DNA of 64,000 nt from Octopus sinensis (GCF_006345805.1 NC_043015.1:43462001-43526000), one strand, 5' to 3'. Positions 24,659-37,381 are shown, counted from the first letter of the stretch. Numbers and translations: made by a program. Notes: a model not told the origin generated them from the letters alone.

Positions 24659-25057
24659 TCTTTATATATAAAAGTCAAGTTGTGTGTCTGTCTCCTACGA
24701 TTTAGATTCCTAACTACTCCCACATTTTGCGGTGCAGTTTAACCAAAACTGCGTATCTTATAGTCGTGATTCATATCGAGCCCTTCTGGGTATTAGCGCG
24801 CGTCTATAATGAGTCTACGATTTAAAAAAAGTTTTACCATCATTTTTTTCCAGTTTAATGCATTTTTTCCGCTATTATATAAGGGAAGTAACTCTCTAAA
24901 AATGTCTACGATGAGTCAACGATTTAAAAAAAAGTTTACCATCATTTTTTTTCCATTTTTAATGCATTTATTTGCTATTCTTTGGCTATAACTCTCTAAA
25001 AATGCTTATATAGTTATTTCCCTTACAAACCCGAGCAACGCCGGGCGATACTGCTTG
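24659..25057 (+). mobile_element. Non-autonomous Helitron, copy 3
   Basis: A|TCTTTATATATAAAA 5' end; 3' end CCCGAGCAACGCCGGGCGATACTGCTTG|T. Its 5' ~200 bp are shared with copy 1, and it has an internal duplication. Confidence 0.88.
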
Positions 25058-25584
25058 TATATATATATATATAATTCAAAGTATCCTATGCTCGTCGAAA
25101 TCGCATGAAACTGATCATTATCTCTCTTACAATGATAAAGTGCTACTTCAATAATTTAATCCAATTGGCGGCAAAGTCACTTACCATATTGATCAAATGA
25201 TTAGCTTTCATATGCATGGGCTGTAGACCATGGCATCGATCGTAAGATCTAAATCAATGGAGATAAGTGTTACATACACGGCCAACCGAAATATTTTTGC
25301 TCGGGCGCGCAAATTTCTGATCGATTAAATAATATAATCTGCTTAATCTGCATAAAGTATTATTTCTATTGAACAAATATTTATAGTAACCCATATCGAT
25401 ATGCATTTAGTCTTAGTCTTAAATTATGTTAGACATCCGTGGTTAGATAAAGGTTTTCGAGCCGCATCGAGTAGGAGGTCAGAACGACTCGTTTCTTCGT
25501 CCAGACGATATCGTTCATAGTATTCTATGAGTTACCCGTTGAAGTTATTTCGCCAAGACACCGGACACTAGCAGACTTCATAAC

Positions 25585-25625
<41 letters not shown>

Positions 25626-25775
25626 CTCTCTTGCTCTCTCTCTTTCCCTCTGTATATGTATATATATAGACCATCATATATATATATATATATATAGACC
25701 ATCTAATATATATATACGACGAACTATCTATCTATCCTATCTTCTATCTATCTATCTATCTATCTATATGTATTG

Positions 25776-25816
<41 letters not shown>

Positions 25817-26164
25817 GTATATAGATATAATATATATATATATATATTCATATATATATATATATATATATATGTCTGCGTGTGTGTGTATATGAATCTC
25901 TTCATCTATTCTATGTGATAGTGCCTAAATTCATAAGAACATAATAGTCAGTGTGTGTCAATGGTTTTGCGTGTGTATGTGTGTTCGCTCACGTGCTCTT
26001 GTATTTCTGTGTGTGTGTGTGTCTGTGCGTGTGCGTTTGTGTGGCTGATCTCTGTGATTGTGTGTTCGTCTCTAATAGTTATATATACTTTCCTTTCTAT
26101 CGGAAAATTAAACGTGTTAACATTGCAGTCGTAATACCAACACAACTAACTGATTTATTACCTT

Positions 26165-26540
26165 CATAATAATAACAAAAACAAAGACAACAAAAGTACT
26201 GCTACCACTACTAATAATAATAATAACAATAATAATAACAATAATAATAATAATAATAATAATAATGATGATAATAATAATAATAATAACAATAATAATA
26301 ATAATATAATAGTAATAATAATAATATAATAATAATAATACTAACAACAATAATAATAATAATAATAGAATATATAATAATAATAGGAATAATAATAATA
26401 ATAATAATATAATAATGATAATAATAATAATAATAATGATGATAATAATATAATAATAATAATAATAATAATAAATAAAATAATAATAATAATATATAAT
26501 AATAAGAACAAAATATAATATATTATAATAATAATAATAT
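26165..26540. repeat. (AAT)n microsatellite
   Basis: Direct reading. Confidence 0.96.
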
Positions 26541-26579
26541 ACACGATGACGTTGGTAAATTAAGACATGACTACGGAAG

Positions 26580-26695
26580 TATATGTTCAAGGGGAAGGGC
26601 TTCAACATACGAAAATAGACGTATGTAGATGATTTGGCATTGATCCATAGTTCGTCAGAACATTCTCAGATGGTGCTTCTGGTAAACACCCATTA
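26580..26695 (+). pseudogene. Possible non-LTR RT remnant
   Basis: YMFKGKGFNIRK*TYVDDLALIHSSSEHSQMVLL resembles the YxDD(L/I)AL RT motif. Short and degenerate. Confidence 0.4.
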
Positions 26696-26862
26696 ACTTT
26701 TCGCAATACTTTCAGAGAACTTATCTGGTTATTAGACTTTTGTATAAATAAATTGTGGTAACGTTAACCTAATTTATGATGCATTGTCTTAAAAAATAAA
26801 GTTAAGTGGCCGCCCAACAACGTAAAACCGGTTATATCTTAACATACATACATACATACAAT

Positions 26863-26906
<44 letters not shown>

Positions 26907-27032
26907 CCAATATACATATGTATATATATATATATACGTATATTTATATATGTATGTATAAGTACGTATGTATACATATATTGTATATATGTATATATAT
27001 TCTAATTGTTTCGACGTACTTGTATATATATA

Positions 27033-27098
<66 letters not shown>

Positions 27099-27515
27099 GT
27101 ATTTATATGTGTAGACAAGCATACATATATATTTGATTATATATATGCATATATATATATACACACATGTATACACGCAAACACATGTATACACGCACAA
27201 ACATGTAAATATATGTATATATGTCTGTGTTTGTTTCATGTATGTATAAATATATGAATACATACATATATATGTATACACACATATATATATATGTATA
27301 TGTATCTACGTATGTATATGTGCATGTATATATGTGAATATATGGATAAATATATGTGTATTTGCGCTTGCATTTTTGTGTGTGTGAGTGTTTGTGTAGT
27401 CATGAATCCTGCTTCTAGATATAATCTGTTAATACTAATCATGGAGTTTTTGAAATGAGTGTAACTAACCATTAGCATTTATCAATATAATTATGTATGT
27501 ATGTAGTATGTATGT

Positions 27516-28328
27516 ACTCCCTTCCTTCAGGTGAAACTCTCGCGGCGTCCAACAGCATCAGAGACTTGGGAGTAATTGTGGACAACAACGTAAGCTGGGC
27601 CACTCATATAAACACCAAAGTTGACATGGCCCGCAGAATGTGTTCCTGGATTCTCAGAACTTTCCAGTCGAGAGATATCCACACCATTATCCTTCTCTTC
27701 TCCACTTTTGCCCGACCCCACCTTGAATACTGTTGTCCACTGTGGTCTCCCCACACAATACAAGGTATCATAAAAGTTGAAGCACCACAAAGGAAAATCA
27801 CAAAAAAGATAGATGGCATGACAGGCCTCGACTATTGGGGTCGACTAGAAAAGCTAAAACTCTATTCTCTCCAATGTCGTCGTGAGCGCTACATCATCTG
27901 CATGATGTGGAAAATATTCCATCAGCATTGCCCAAATGATGTTGGCATCACCTTTAAGGTACATCCAAGGCTTGGGCCCCGTGCCATCCGCCCAAAACAA
28001 AAATCGCACTCTCATCTCAAATAACAACAATACGGCACAATTATTTCACCTCAATTGGCCCCGCTCTCTTTAACATTACACCAAAACACATTTAACAGAA
28101 ACTGACCCTATAGGGTTCAAGAAGTCTTGGACAGATTCCTCAAGAAATCCCGGATAAACCCCCTACACCCGGATAGGTCTCTGTAAACAATAACTCTCTA
28201 CTTGAGTGGGCCATAGTGCCCAAATTCTGACTTGAAAGACTTCACAGGTGGTGCGGTGCTATTAAGTTAGACATGGCCTGGGCCAATAATGGCCGACCGA
28301 AACCTATCAAAGTATCAAAGTATCAAAG
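27516..28328 (+). mobile_element. CR1/L2-like LINE, 5'-truncated: ORF2 C-terminus, 3' UTR and tandem tail
   Basis: ORF 27497-28024 contains IRDLGVIVD, ARPHLEYCCPLWSP and RLEKLKLYSLQCRRER. Next frame ITTIRHNYFTSIGPALFNITP...IPDKP. Ends in (TATCAAAG)3 at 28305-28328. Confidence 0.93.
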
Positions 28329-28340
28329 TATGTATGTATG

Positions 28341-28371
<31 letters not shown>

Positions 28372-28388
28372 TATATATATTATATATA

Positions 28389-28420
<32 letters not shown>

Positions 28421-28698
28421 ATAACGCATATGCAACAAGCGTCTTTCAGTTCCGCCTACCAAATTCACGCACAAGGCTTTGGTCAGCCCGGGGCCATAGA
28501 AGTCACTTGCACAAGGTGCCATGCAGTGGGACTGAACCCAAAATCTTGTGGCGATCACCGTGCAATGACTAAGGAAAATAGTCTAATAGTCAGGCATATA
28601 AGCCCCCGATAGAAACAAGAAATCTTTCCTTTTTGCATGAGATTTGAACCCACATCCCTTTGTCAGAGCGACTAAGTGTTTATTATTATTATTATTAC

Positions 28699-28750
<52 letters not shown>

Positions 28751-29288
28751 GTCGTCGTCAGAGCTGGCCGTATATTTGGAGCTTCGTATATGTGTGTCTA
28801 AAAAGATTATTGTTACATTCTATTATTATTACAACAGTTATTGTTACATAGTATTGTTATAACTTGTGATTAAGTTAATCTAGACCATATTTGTCTGATT
28901 AACAGTGTTTTCTTATTTTATTTTGCCCTGCGGGCAAAAGTTCACGGGATCAGAAAATTAATTTTCCTTTTAAAATTTGCAAAATTTAATATGGCGGCGC
29001 CATCATGTCAACAACAGCGGGAAGTCGTAGGAGATGTAGAAAGGGAAATTGTCTTTTGCTATCACTGGACCCCCACTTACTCTAGATATAAATGCTGGTG
29101 GTAGTAGAAGGAGGAATAGCCACAACAATGACAACAACAACAACAACAACAACAACGATCAAAGTGTCAGGAGTAATGAGAATTCGACCAATGAAGCAGG
29201 AAATATATTTAGCAGGAGCTAATTGTGCAAGAAAAATATCACCACCACTACGACCACCGTACAAGTCTGTAAAAAAGAGTATGATTGC

Positions 29289-29348
<60 letters not shown>

Positions 29349-29548
29349 CTATTATACGGCGGAGTGCTGGTAGAATCGTTGGCACATCGGGTAAAGTGCT
29401 TAGCGTCATTTCATCCGTCCTTACGTTCTGAGTTCAAATAGCCCCGAGATCGAGTCGATAAAATAAATACCAGTTACACATTGGAGGTCAATATAATCGA
29501 CTAGACCCCTCCTCCAAAATTTCGGGCCTTCTGCATATAGTAGAAATG

Positions 29549-29580
<32 letters not shown>

Positions 29581-29802
29581 CTATTATACGGCGGAGTGCT
29601 GGTAGAATCGTTGGCACATCGGGTAAAGTGCTTAGCGTCATTTCATCCGTCCTTACGTTCTGAGTTCAAATAGCCCCGAGATCGAGTCGATAAAATAAAT
29701 ACCAGTTACACATTGGAGGTCAATATAATCGACTAGACCCCTCCTCCAAAATTTCGGGCCTTCTGCATATAGTAGAAATGATTATTATTATTATTATTAT
29801 TA

Positions 29803-29812
<10 letters not shown>
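29349..29812 (+). repeat. Identical tandem duplication (232-bp unit) of a SINE A/tail B copy plus (TAT)n
   Basis: Units start at 29349 and 29581; I see no difference in the non-microsatellite part. Confidence 0.92.
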
Positions 29813-29839
<27 letters not shown>

Positions 29840-30147
29840 GGAGACGGCGAGCTTAGCGGCATTTCGTCCATTTTTACGTTTTGTTCAAATTTCACGGAGG
29901 TCTATTTCGCGTTGCCTTTCAAACTTCCAGGTACGATAAAATAGGTACCAATTGAGCACTCCCTGCAAGTTTCTTCTGCAAATATTTGAAACCAATTTTA
30001 TTTTGCGTTGTGTATGTTGCTGTGCAAATATCTAAAGAAATAAAAGTTGTTTCAGGTATTGAAATTTTTATGATCTCCGAGGAGCAAAGCTACTGAGATC
30101 TATACACACATGCACACACGTGCGCATATATATATATATATTATATA

Positions 30148-30211
<64 letters not shown>

Positions 30212-31249
30212 GTGTGATTGTATGTGTTTGTATGTGTGTGTGTATGTGTTGTGTACATGTATGATTCCACATGTACTTACACATATATTGATATACCGAT
30301 ACGTCCATGCATAGTGAAAACCTAAGTTAGAGGGTGAGAGACAAAAAAAAGAAGCACCCATGGTTGTATTTTATTTATAATTCAAGTATCAAAATAGATG
30401 TCTAGCTCTATCTTCAGGCAATTAAACAGAGATTGCTTTTTCCAGATGGCTTGCAGCATTTCTTTATTCAGATAGACGTGTATAGGATTGCCTCATTACA
30501 ATGGCTCCTACACTCCCATAACTTGGGTTTTGCGGTATATTGTATGCCGTATAAAATATATACTTTCAAACGTTTACGTGGGAGCATAGCATATACATAG
30601 ACATATTTAGATATATGTAAATATGTTTATATATACATAATATATATGTGTGTATAAAAATAATTGTTTCTTTTAGATTTTGTTGAACGGCGATTAATTT
30701 GAAGAGAGGTCAAAGTAGATTACACCGACCTCGGTACTTGACTCTTACTTTAATTTATCGACAGAGAATGGATGACAGATAAGGTTGGTCTTGCGGAGAT
30801 TTATTCACTGAGGGTAATGGGTTGGAAGAAATACCGGTAGGCGTTCCTCTTGGACTCGCCGACTATTCCGCCAAAGCGACACCGTAGGAGAAAAGCAGTA
30901 AGAAACACATAGATAAGGCATTAATAATTTATTCTTTTGCGAAGTCATCAACTGCGTTGACACACATCTTTGAACAGATTTTGTCTACTGAAAGGAGTGT
31001 TTTCAATCGATAAAAAATAACGGAATATTGTTGAATTCGGAGTTTTGATAAAACACATACACAAACACACACATATAAATATGCATATATGTATATATAT
31101 CAATATATATAAATGTATATAAATATTACATATATATATATCCATATATATACATACATGTATATATGCATATGTATATATATATATATATATTATATAT
31201 ATATATATATATACATATATTGACATATATATATATATATATATATTAT

Positions 31250-31642
31250 TTTTTTATTTCATCTAGTTTCAGCTCACGAGCTGTGGCCGTGCTGGGGCAC
31301 CGCCATTTGGTGTTACTACATAATTTTACTTCAGGAATGCTTTTTAGCAATTGATATTTGGTGCATGGGAGAGTTTGTTTCAGCTGCCTTCATCTGCACC
31401 TCCTACTGCGAAGTTGGTTTATCTGGGACACCTGACAGAAAGAAGTCCAGCTTCATTTTGAACACACCTACATCCACCTCATGCAGGTCTCTAAGGTACT
31501 TCGGGAGGATGTTGAAAAACTGTGGACCATTGCAGCCCAGGTTATTGCAGTATCTTGTCCTACATCTTGATGGCAAGTTTGGAGTCCTTGGCACTATGCA
31601 GTGGCGCCCAATTCTAGTATTTGTGTAACTCTCGATGCCATA
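31250..31642 (-). mobile_element. Second CR1/L2-like LINE 3' end (different subfamily)
   Basis: NTRIGRHCIVPRTPNLPSRCRTRYCNNLGCNGPQFFNILPKYLRDLHEVDVGVFKMKLDFFLSGVPDKPTSQ*EVQMKAAETNS. The 3' end reads GGCGGTGCCCCAGCACGGCCACAGCTCGTGAGCTGAAACTAGATGAAATAAAAAAA. Confidence 0.9.
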
Positions 31643-32174
31643 TATATATATACATATGAGCAAAAATATATGGAAAGGAAGAGCGATATCAGTACGTAAG
31701 CCTACTCATATACACAAAGAAACATATGTGTGCATGAAGTGAATGAGAGAGCGAAACAGAATGACAGGTAAATACAAAGACAAATAGCCAAACAAAGTAA
31801 GCATTACAACATCCGAATACTACTTATTGCAGCTTATTTTTTCCTGTGATGTTTAAATTATCTTCCTTATGATTTATTTCTGTGCATCTAAAGATCACGA
31901 AACTAATCGCTTTTTTATTGCTATAAACTAAATTCGAGACAAGAAGGAAAACGCAGACACACACACACACACACACACGCACACATGCACGCACAGACAT
32001 ACACACGCACGCATACACATACACACACGCACACACACACACACACATATATATATATGTATTTATATGCAAATATGTATGTTTGTATGTATATATGAAT
32101 ATATTTATATGTACACACAGACATACAGATATATATATACACATATATATGTATATATATATACATATATATAT

Positions 32175-32247
<73 letters not shown>

Positions 32248-32737
32248 GTAATATATATATATATGTAATATATACATATATATATATATGTAATATATAT
32301 ATATATGTAATTTATATACATATAAATAAGTGCGTTTTGATACATTGTATTGTTGTTGCTGCAATATTACAGACGCTAATAAATTTTTTTATGTCTTTAT
32401 CTGTCTATTATATTTTTTTTTGTGAACTTTGTAACTTCCATAATGAATTAATGTAGTTTATCGTCGGTGTGGCCGCCATTTTCATGTTACTGTCAAACTT
32501 TTCACATTATTCTAGAAACTCTAAACATAGACAAAATTGATGTTAAAATCAACCACCACCCCTACAGTAACCCGAATGATCACTGTCATATCTCTCAGCG
32601 AATGGTTAATGCTGCTGCTGCTGCTACTGCTGCTGCATTCATTGTTACTATCACCGCCACTGCTTCCATGGACACTCTGCAATCACAGCTCGCACAACAA
32701 CACGTACAGCCTGTTATGCATTGACGCGCATCTGCAT

Positions 32738-33551
32738 AGGCTGTGTGGTAAGAAGTCTGCTTCCCAACCACAGGGCTCTGGGTTCAGTCTCACTGTGTGA
32801 CACCCATCTTGGGCAAGTGTTTTCTGTTATAGCCTCGGTCTTTAGTGCAAAGCCTTCTGAGGGAATTTAGTTGGCGGAAAGTCAAAGAAACTTATTAACC
32901 TTGTAGTGTATAACAAAACACTGCCCGGTCCAGGAATGGAACTCATGGCTCAGTGGTTAGAGCGTCGTGCTCACAAACATATATATATATATTTATATAT
33001 ATATATATATATATCCAGTAATTTTTTACTAGTTTTATTTTGTCTTTTTCTCTTCTCTCATTATGCTATATGAACACTTGAGGTGGTTTTAGAGTCAGAT
33101 CCTAGCTGCTATGATCAGCATATTTTAATAATAATTATTACCTTTGAAGGTTTTTATTTCCATGCTGGCCACTTGATAAGATCGTTATTTAATTTAAATT
33201 AACGATCTTATCCTTATATATATCAGAAATATTAAATTTCTAAATATCTCATAGAGATATGTGCGGTGGTGGAGCGATAGAGTGGTTGTATACTGTCAAC
33301 TTAACGTGACAGTCACGTAAGGGAATTACTCCACCGCTGTTTAGCCCTAGGAAGCATCGACGCTTCCTGTCGGCCTTGACACATTTCCTGTGTACTTATA
33401 TATTTGTGTGTGTGATTGAAAGCACGGCGTTCAAACTACTGAGCCATAAGTCTATAGTAGAAAACACTTGCCCAAATTGCCATGCAGTGGGACTGAACCC
33501 GGAATCATGTGGTTGGGAAGCAAGCTACCTAACACACAGGCACTCCTGTGC

Positions 33552-33552
<1 letters not shown>
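32738..33552. mobile_element. Two SINE B 5' halves (plus 32738-32890; minus 33420-33552)
   Basis: GGCTGTGTGGTAAG...TTGGGCAAGTG motifs. Confidence 0.75.
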
Positions 33553-33587
<35 letters not shown>

Positions 33588-34575
33588 ACTTGTGTGTGTG
33601 AGATACAGAAACGTCATTGTAAACGATGCTTTCAATGTTATAAATTTACATTTTCCTCACACACTTTCGGTCACGTTATACAGACATATCCACACACATA
33701 CATGCATACTTATATATATATACACAAATACATACACACACTCACATGGCCATTACTTCTGCTAGTTTGGAATCCGCATGAGTAGAACATAGTGAAAAGC
33801 GTTCTGTTATTGAATCTAGTAATCTATGCCTTACTTGAATCATTCTTTTCCTTCTGGTGTGGTTATGGTTTCATCAGATCAGTAACTGACCATTTCCGAT
33901 AGTTAACAGCTGGTGCAGTAAATCTTCTGCTTTCTTACAAATTACTACGTCTACCGTCACAACGAAATTTGTTCTCTGTGATATTATGAAAGATAGATTT
34001 TCTCAAATGCAGAAAGTCAGGTTATGGATGCGAAGCTTTTAGCGGCTGTAGTTTCTTATAGTATTACGGTTTAAGATAGTTTCCTTCTTCAAACGAACCA
34101 GTCAAATGTTGTCTTCACGCATGTCTGTATCTAATTGAAATATCTTTACTAACACCATATGCTTCCCTGCTACATATTTTAACAAAACGTATTGGATCTC
34201 ATCATCGTCTGCAATCTTCCAGTTGCCTTTATATAATGTATTGATCCATTTAGTAATGCTATCATCATTATTATCACCATCATCATCATCATCACCACCA
34301 TTATTATCATTATTATTATTATTATTAGTTGTTGTTGTTGTTGTAGCAGCAGCAGCAGCCGTCCAAGGGTTTGGACCTGGAGATCTCCATTTTCACCGAC
34401 TTCGAAGGCCCCCCTCCCAGTGGTGTCGGGCGTCAACGAAAAGCCCTCGACTACAAGACGACCAACATTTTTTTTCCAAGGTCTGGGGTCTCCAGCCCCT
34501 AAGCCCTAGACCATCACCTAATCACCCTTACCCTTCTTGTTACTTAAGAACAGCAACAACAACAGCAGCAGCACT

Positions 34576-34648
<73 letters not shown>

Positions 34649-35984
34649 TAGTAGTAACCAAATAGATCCCTTCCAACACATTGCTATGATGCACCCCAAC
34701 TACTCCAGCCCGCAATATGCACATATCGTCGGTCACTAAGGGACATGCTCAACTATTTAAGGTCAAGCAACTGAGACACAAATTTGTGGTATTGAGTACA
34801 ACACGTGTTGTAGCCCGTATAAGAATACATCTTGTAGCCCTGTCCCCCGCAATATTTGCATAGCGAGTGTGTTTGTCTGATAGTTTCCTTTATTCTCCAT
34901 ATCTTTACCATAATATTACTAATTCCCTTGTTGTTGCTGTTGTATCGATTATAATTTTACTTTCACCAAATTTTTTGATAAAATCGATTTAAGCTGGAGT
35001 CGAACTTTTGTTTTGATCAAAGATTTCTTGATGCTTTAATATATCGAGAGATTCTTTATGATTTAGCGAAAATCCTTAAAGTAACATCCGGGTTTCTTTG
35101 ATTTTGTTTACTTATTTTTCTTTGTTATTTCATATTCTTATGATATTTGTTGCTCGTTTGCTTTAGTGGTTTCCAATAAGGAAAGAAAATGAAGTATTTA
35201 AGTGGGTGAGTATGTATACATATATATTTAAAACACACACATATACACATACACATACTTTCAGTATCTAAGACGTTTTAATCTAACATCATTAAATGTA
35301 TTGTTTATTTTTTCTATTTGTCTTATTTCTGTAGTTTTAGGATAGACGAAGCGCCTAATCTTCTTTGTCAATACTTGTGTCTATAACATAATTTCATTCC
35401 AGAATGAATGAAAAAACACAAATATCACAAAAGAATTAAATTTTATTGTAGAAAAATCGTATTTGAATAGTTTTTCTTCCGAAGACCATAGGTGACATAT
35501 CATAAATCAAAATCTATCTAGTATGGCTCCGTATATTCGTATATTTGTTTTCCATGTTTGTACTTTAGCATTGCAAAGAGATTTTGCAACCTGTTTGTGA
35601 AAAAGAAACGAAGAACAGAAATTAATTGAGAAAAACACAAAAACATTTTAACTTATTTGTGTTACTATACTTTGAGATAATTGTATATTGTCGGGTGAAT
35701 GCAGAGTTAGCTTGCTTGACACGTCGAACGATCGTTTATTTTAACACTTAAGTGGTAGTTCACTGAGCGTCTGACAACGAATCCAGCAGGTTAGAGCTCT
35801 AAAGGAGACATCCCGGAGAGATATAATTGATTGGAGTGAATACAGAGGTTACCGCATGGTTGACTTTCCTTTCTTTAGCTCACATAATAATTGTGATACG
35901 AACCATCGAGGAAAAGTCTTAGTCACAGCCGGATTTGCTAGAGCTATCAACAAAACCTTCAAATCACGCCTTACCATCTATTTA

Positions 35985-36146
35985 CGTTCATTATTTACAT
36001 TCGACGGATATTTGTCCTCAACTTGTTTGTTGTTAACACAACGTTTCGGCTGATATACCCTCCAGCCTTCTTCAGGTGTCTTGGGGAAATTTCGGACCTG
36101 GGATCTCATCCCTAAGTTATTTTTCGATGTTGTTATTATTATTATT

Positions 36147-36212
<66 letters not shown>

Positions 36213-36310
36213 CTGTTGTTCTTGTTGTTCTTGTTGTTGCTGCTGCTGCTGCTGTTACTGTTGCTGTTGTTGTTATTGTTCAGATCGCTGCTTGGAATCG
36301 AATCTTGGGG
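35985..36310 (-). mobile_element. Hammerhead-bearing short element (Penelope pLTR or retrozyme-like), copy 1
   Basis: Minus strand: CCCCAAGATTCG..., (AAC/AAT)n, AACATCGAAAAATAACTTAGGGATGAGATCCCAGGTCCGAAATTTCCCCAA, ribozyme, AACAACAAACAAG..GGACAAATATCCGTCGAATGTAAATAATG. Confidence 0.8.
36035..36080 (-). ncRNA. Minimal type I hammerhead ribozyme (intact core)
   Basis: GACAC-CUGAAGA-A-GGCUG-GAGGGUAUAU-CAGCC-GAAAC-GUU-GUGUU. Stem I GACAC/GUGUU, core CUGANGA, 5-bp stem II, GAAA, palindromic AC/GU stem III, NUH triplet GUU. Confidence 0.85.
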
Positions 36311-36420
36311 CTGAAGAAAGCTGGAGGATATATCAGCCGAAACTTTGTGTTAACAACAAACAAGATGAGGACAAATATCCGTCGAATGTAAATAATGTAA
36401 ATAATTTAAATAATGTATAT
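36311..36420 (+). mobile_element. 5'-truncated inverted copy of the hammerhead element with (GTAAATAAT)n tail
   Basis: Starts at CTGAAGA (stem I 5' strand absent), triplet mutated (GAAACTTT), ends GTAAATAATGTAAATAATTTAAATAATG. Confidence 0.8.
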
Positions 36421-36579
36421 AATTCATCATCTCTTAAATATAGAACTGTATCTATTTATGCTTCTATTATATATTTAATTAAGATATATGCCAATGGCAT
36501 CAGAGATGATTTCAACAGGTAGGGAACTGAGAATTAGAAGAAATGGAGTAAATGTCACAAGGTATCTTCATCGACGCTC

Positions 36580-36632
<53 letters not shown>

Positions 36633-36749
36633 TAATAATAATAATAATAATAATATAATAATAATAATAATAATAATAATAGTAATAATAATAATAAAAA
36701 CATCGGAAAATGCTTTAGGAATCGGAACCCAAGTTCGAAATTTCCCCAA

Positions 36750-36795
36750 GACACCTGAAGAAGGCTGGGGGGTATATCAGCCGAAACGTTGTGTT
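36750..36795 (+). ncRNA. Minimal type I hammerhead ribozyme (intact core), in element copy 36698-36820
   Basis: GACAC-CUGAAGA-A-GGCUG-GGGGGUAUAU-CAGCC-GAAAC-GUU-GUGUU. Differs from 36035-36080 only in the stem II loop. Confidence 0.85.
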
Positions 36796-37149
36796 GACAA
36801 CAAACAAGATGAGAACAATTTACTGCCCTGGGTTGGTACTTCATTTATCAAATCCGAAAGGATGAACGGAAGAAATTAACTTCGGTGGGATTTCAACTAT
36901 GTTGCGAGCTGGAACAAAAACTGCAAGGTATTTTGTCCTACATTGCATCGAATCTGGAAATTTGCTGCCCATGTAGTACTAGGTACATTGTATCAGCAAA
37001 TAATAAGTGGTCACATTTGGAGGAACTTTAACTCTGAATTATCTTCAGCAGGTTGAACTGAATTTAAATAACATCATTTGCAGTAGTTCCTCTCTTTCAT
37101 GTCGTGTTTGTGCCGTTAACATCAACATAATTGATTGTCCTTCGTTCTC

Positions 37150-37381
37150 TACTTCTTTACTACCCACAAGGGGCTAAACATAGAGGTGACAAACAAGGAC
37201 AGACAAAGGGATTAAGTCGATTACATCGACTCCAGTGCGTAACAGGTACTTATTTAATCGACCCCGAAAGCATGAAAGGCAAAGTCGACCTTGGCGAAAT
37301 TTGAACTCAGAACGTAACGGCAGACGAAATACTGCTAAGCATTTCGCCTGGCGTGCTAACGTTTCTGCCAGCTCGCCGCCT
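37150..37381 (-). mobile_element. SINE family A copy
   Basis: Full head, central block and tail A. Confidence 0.9.

Noticed and set aside
34340-34530. GC-rich island between trinucleotide repeats
   Set aside because: No ORF, fold or family could be assigned.
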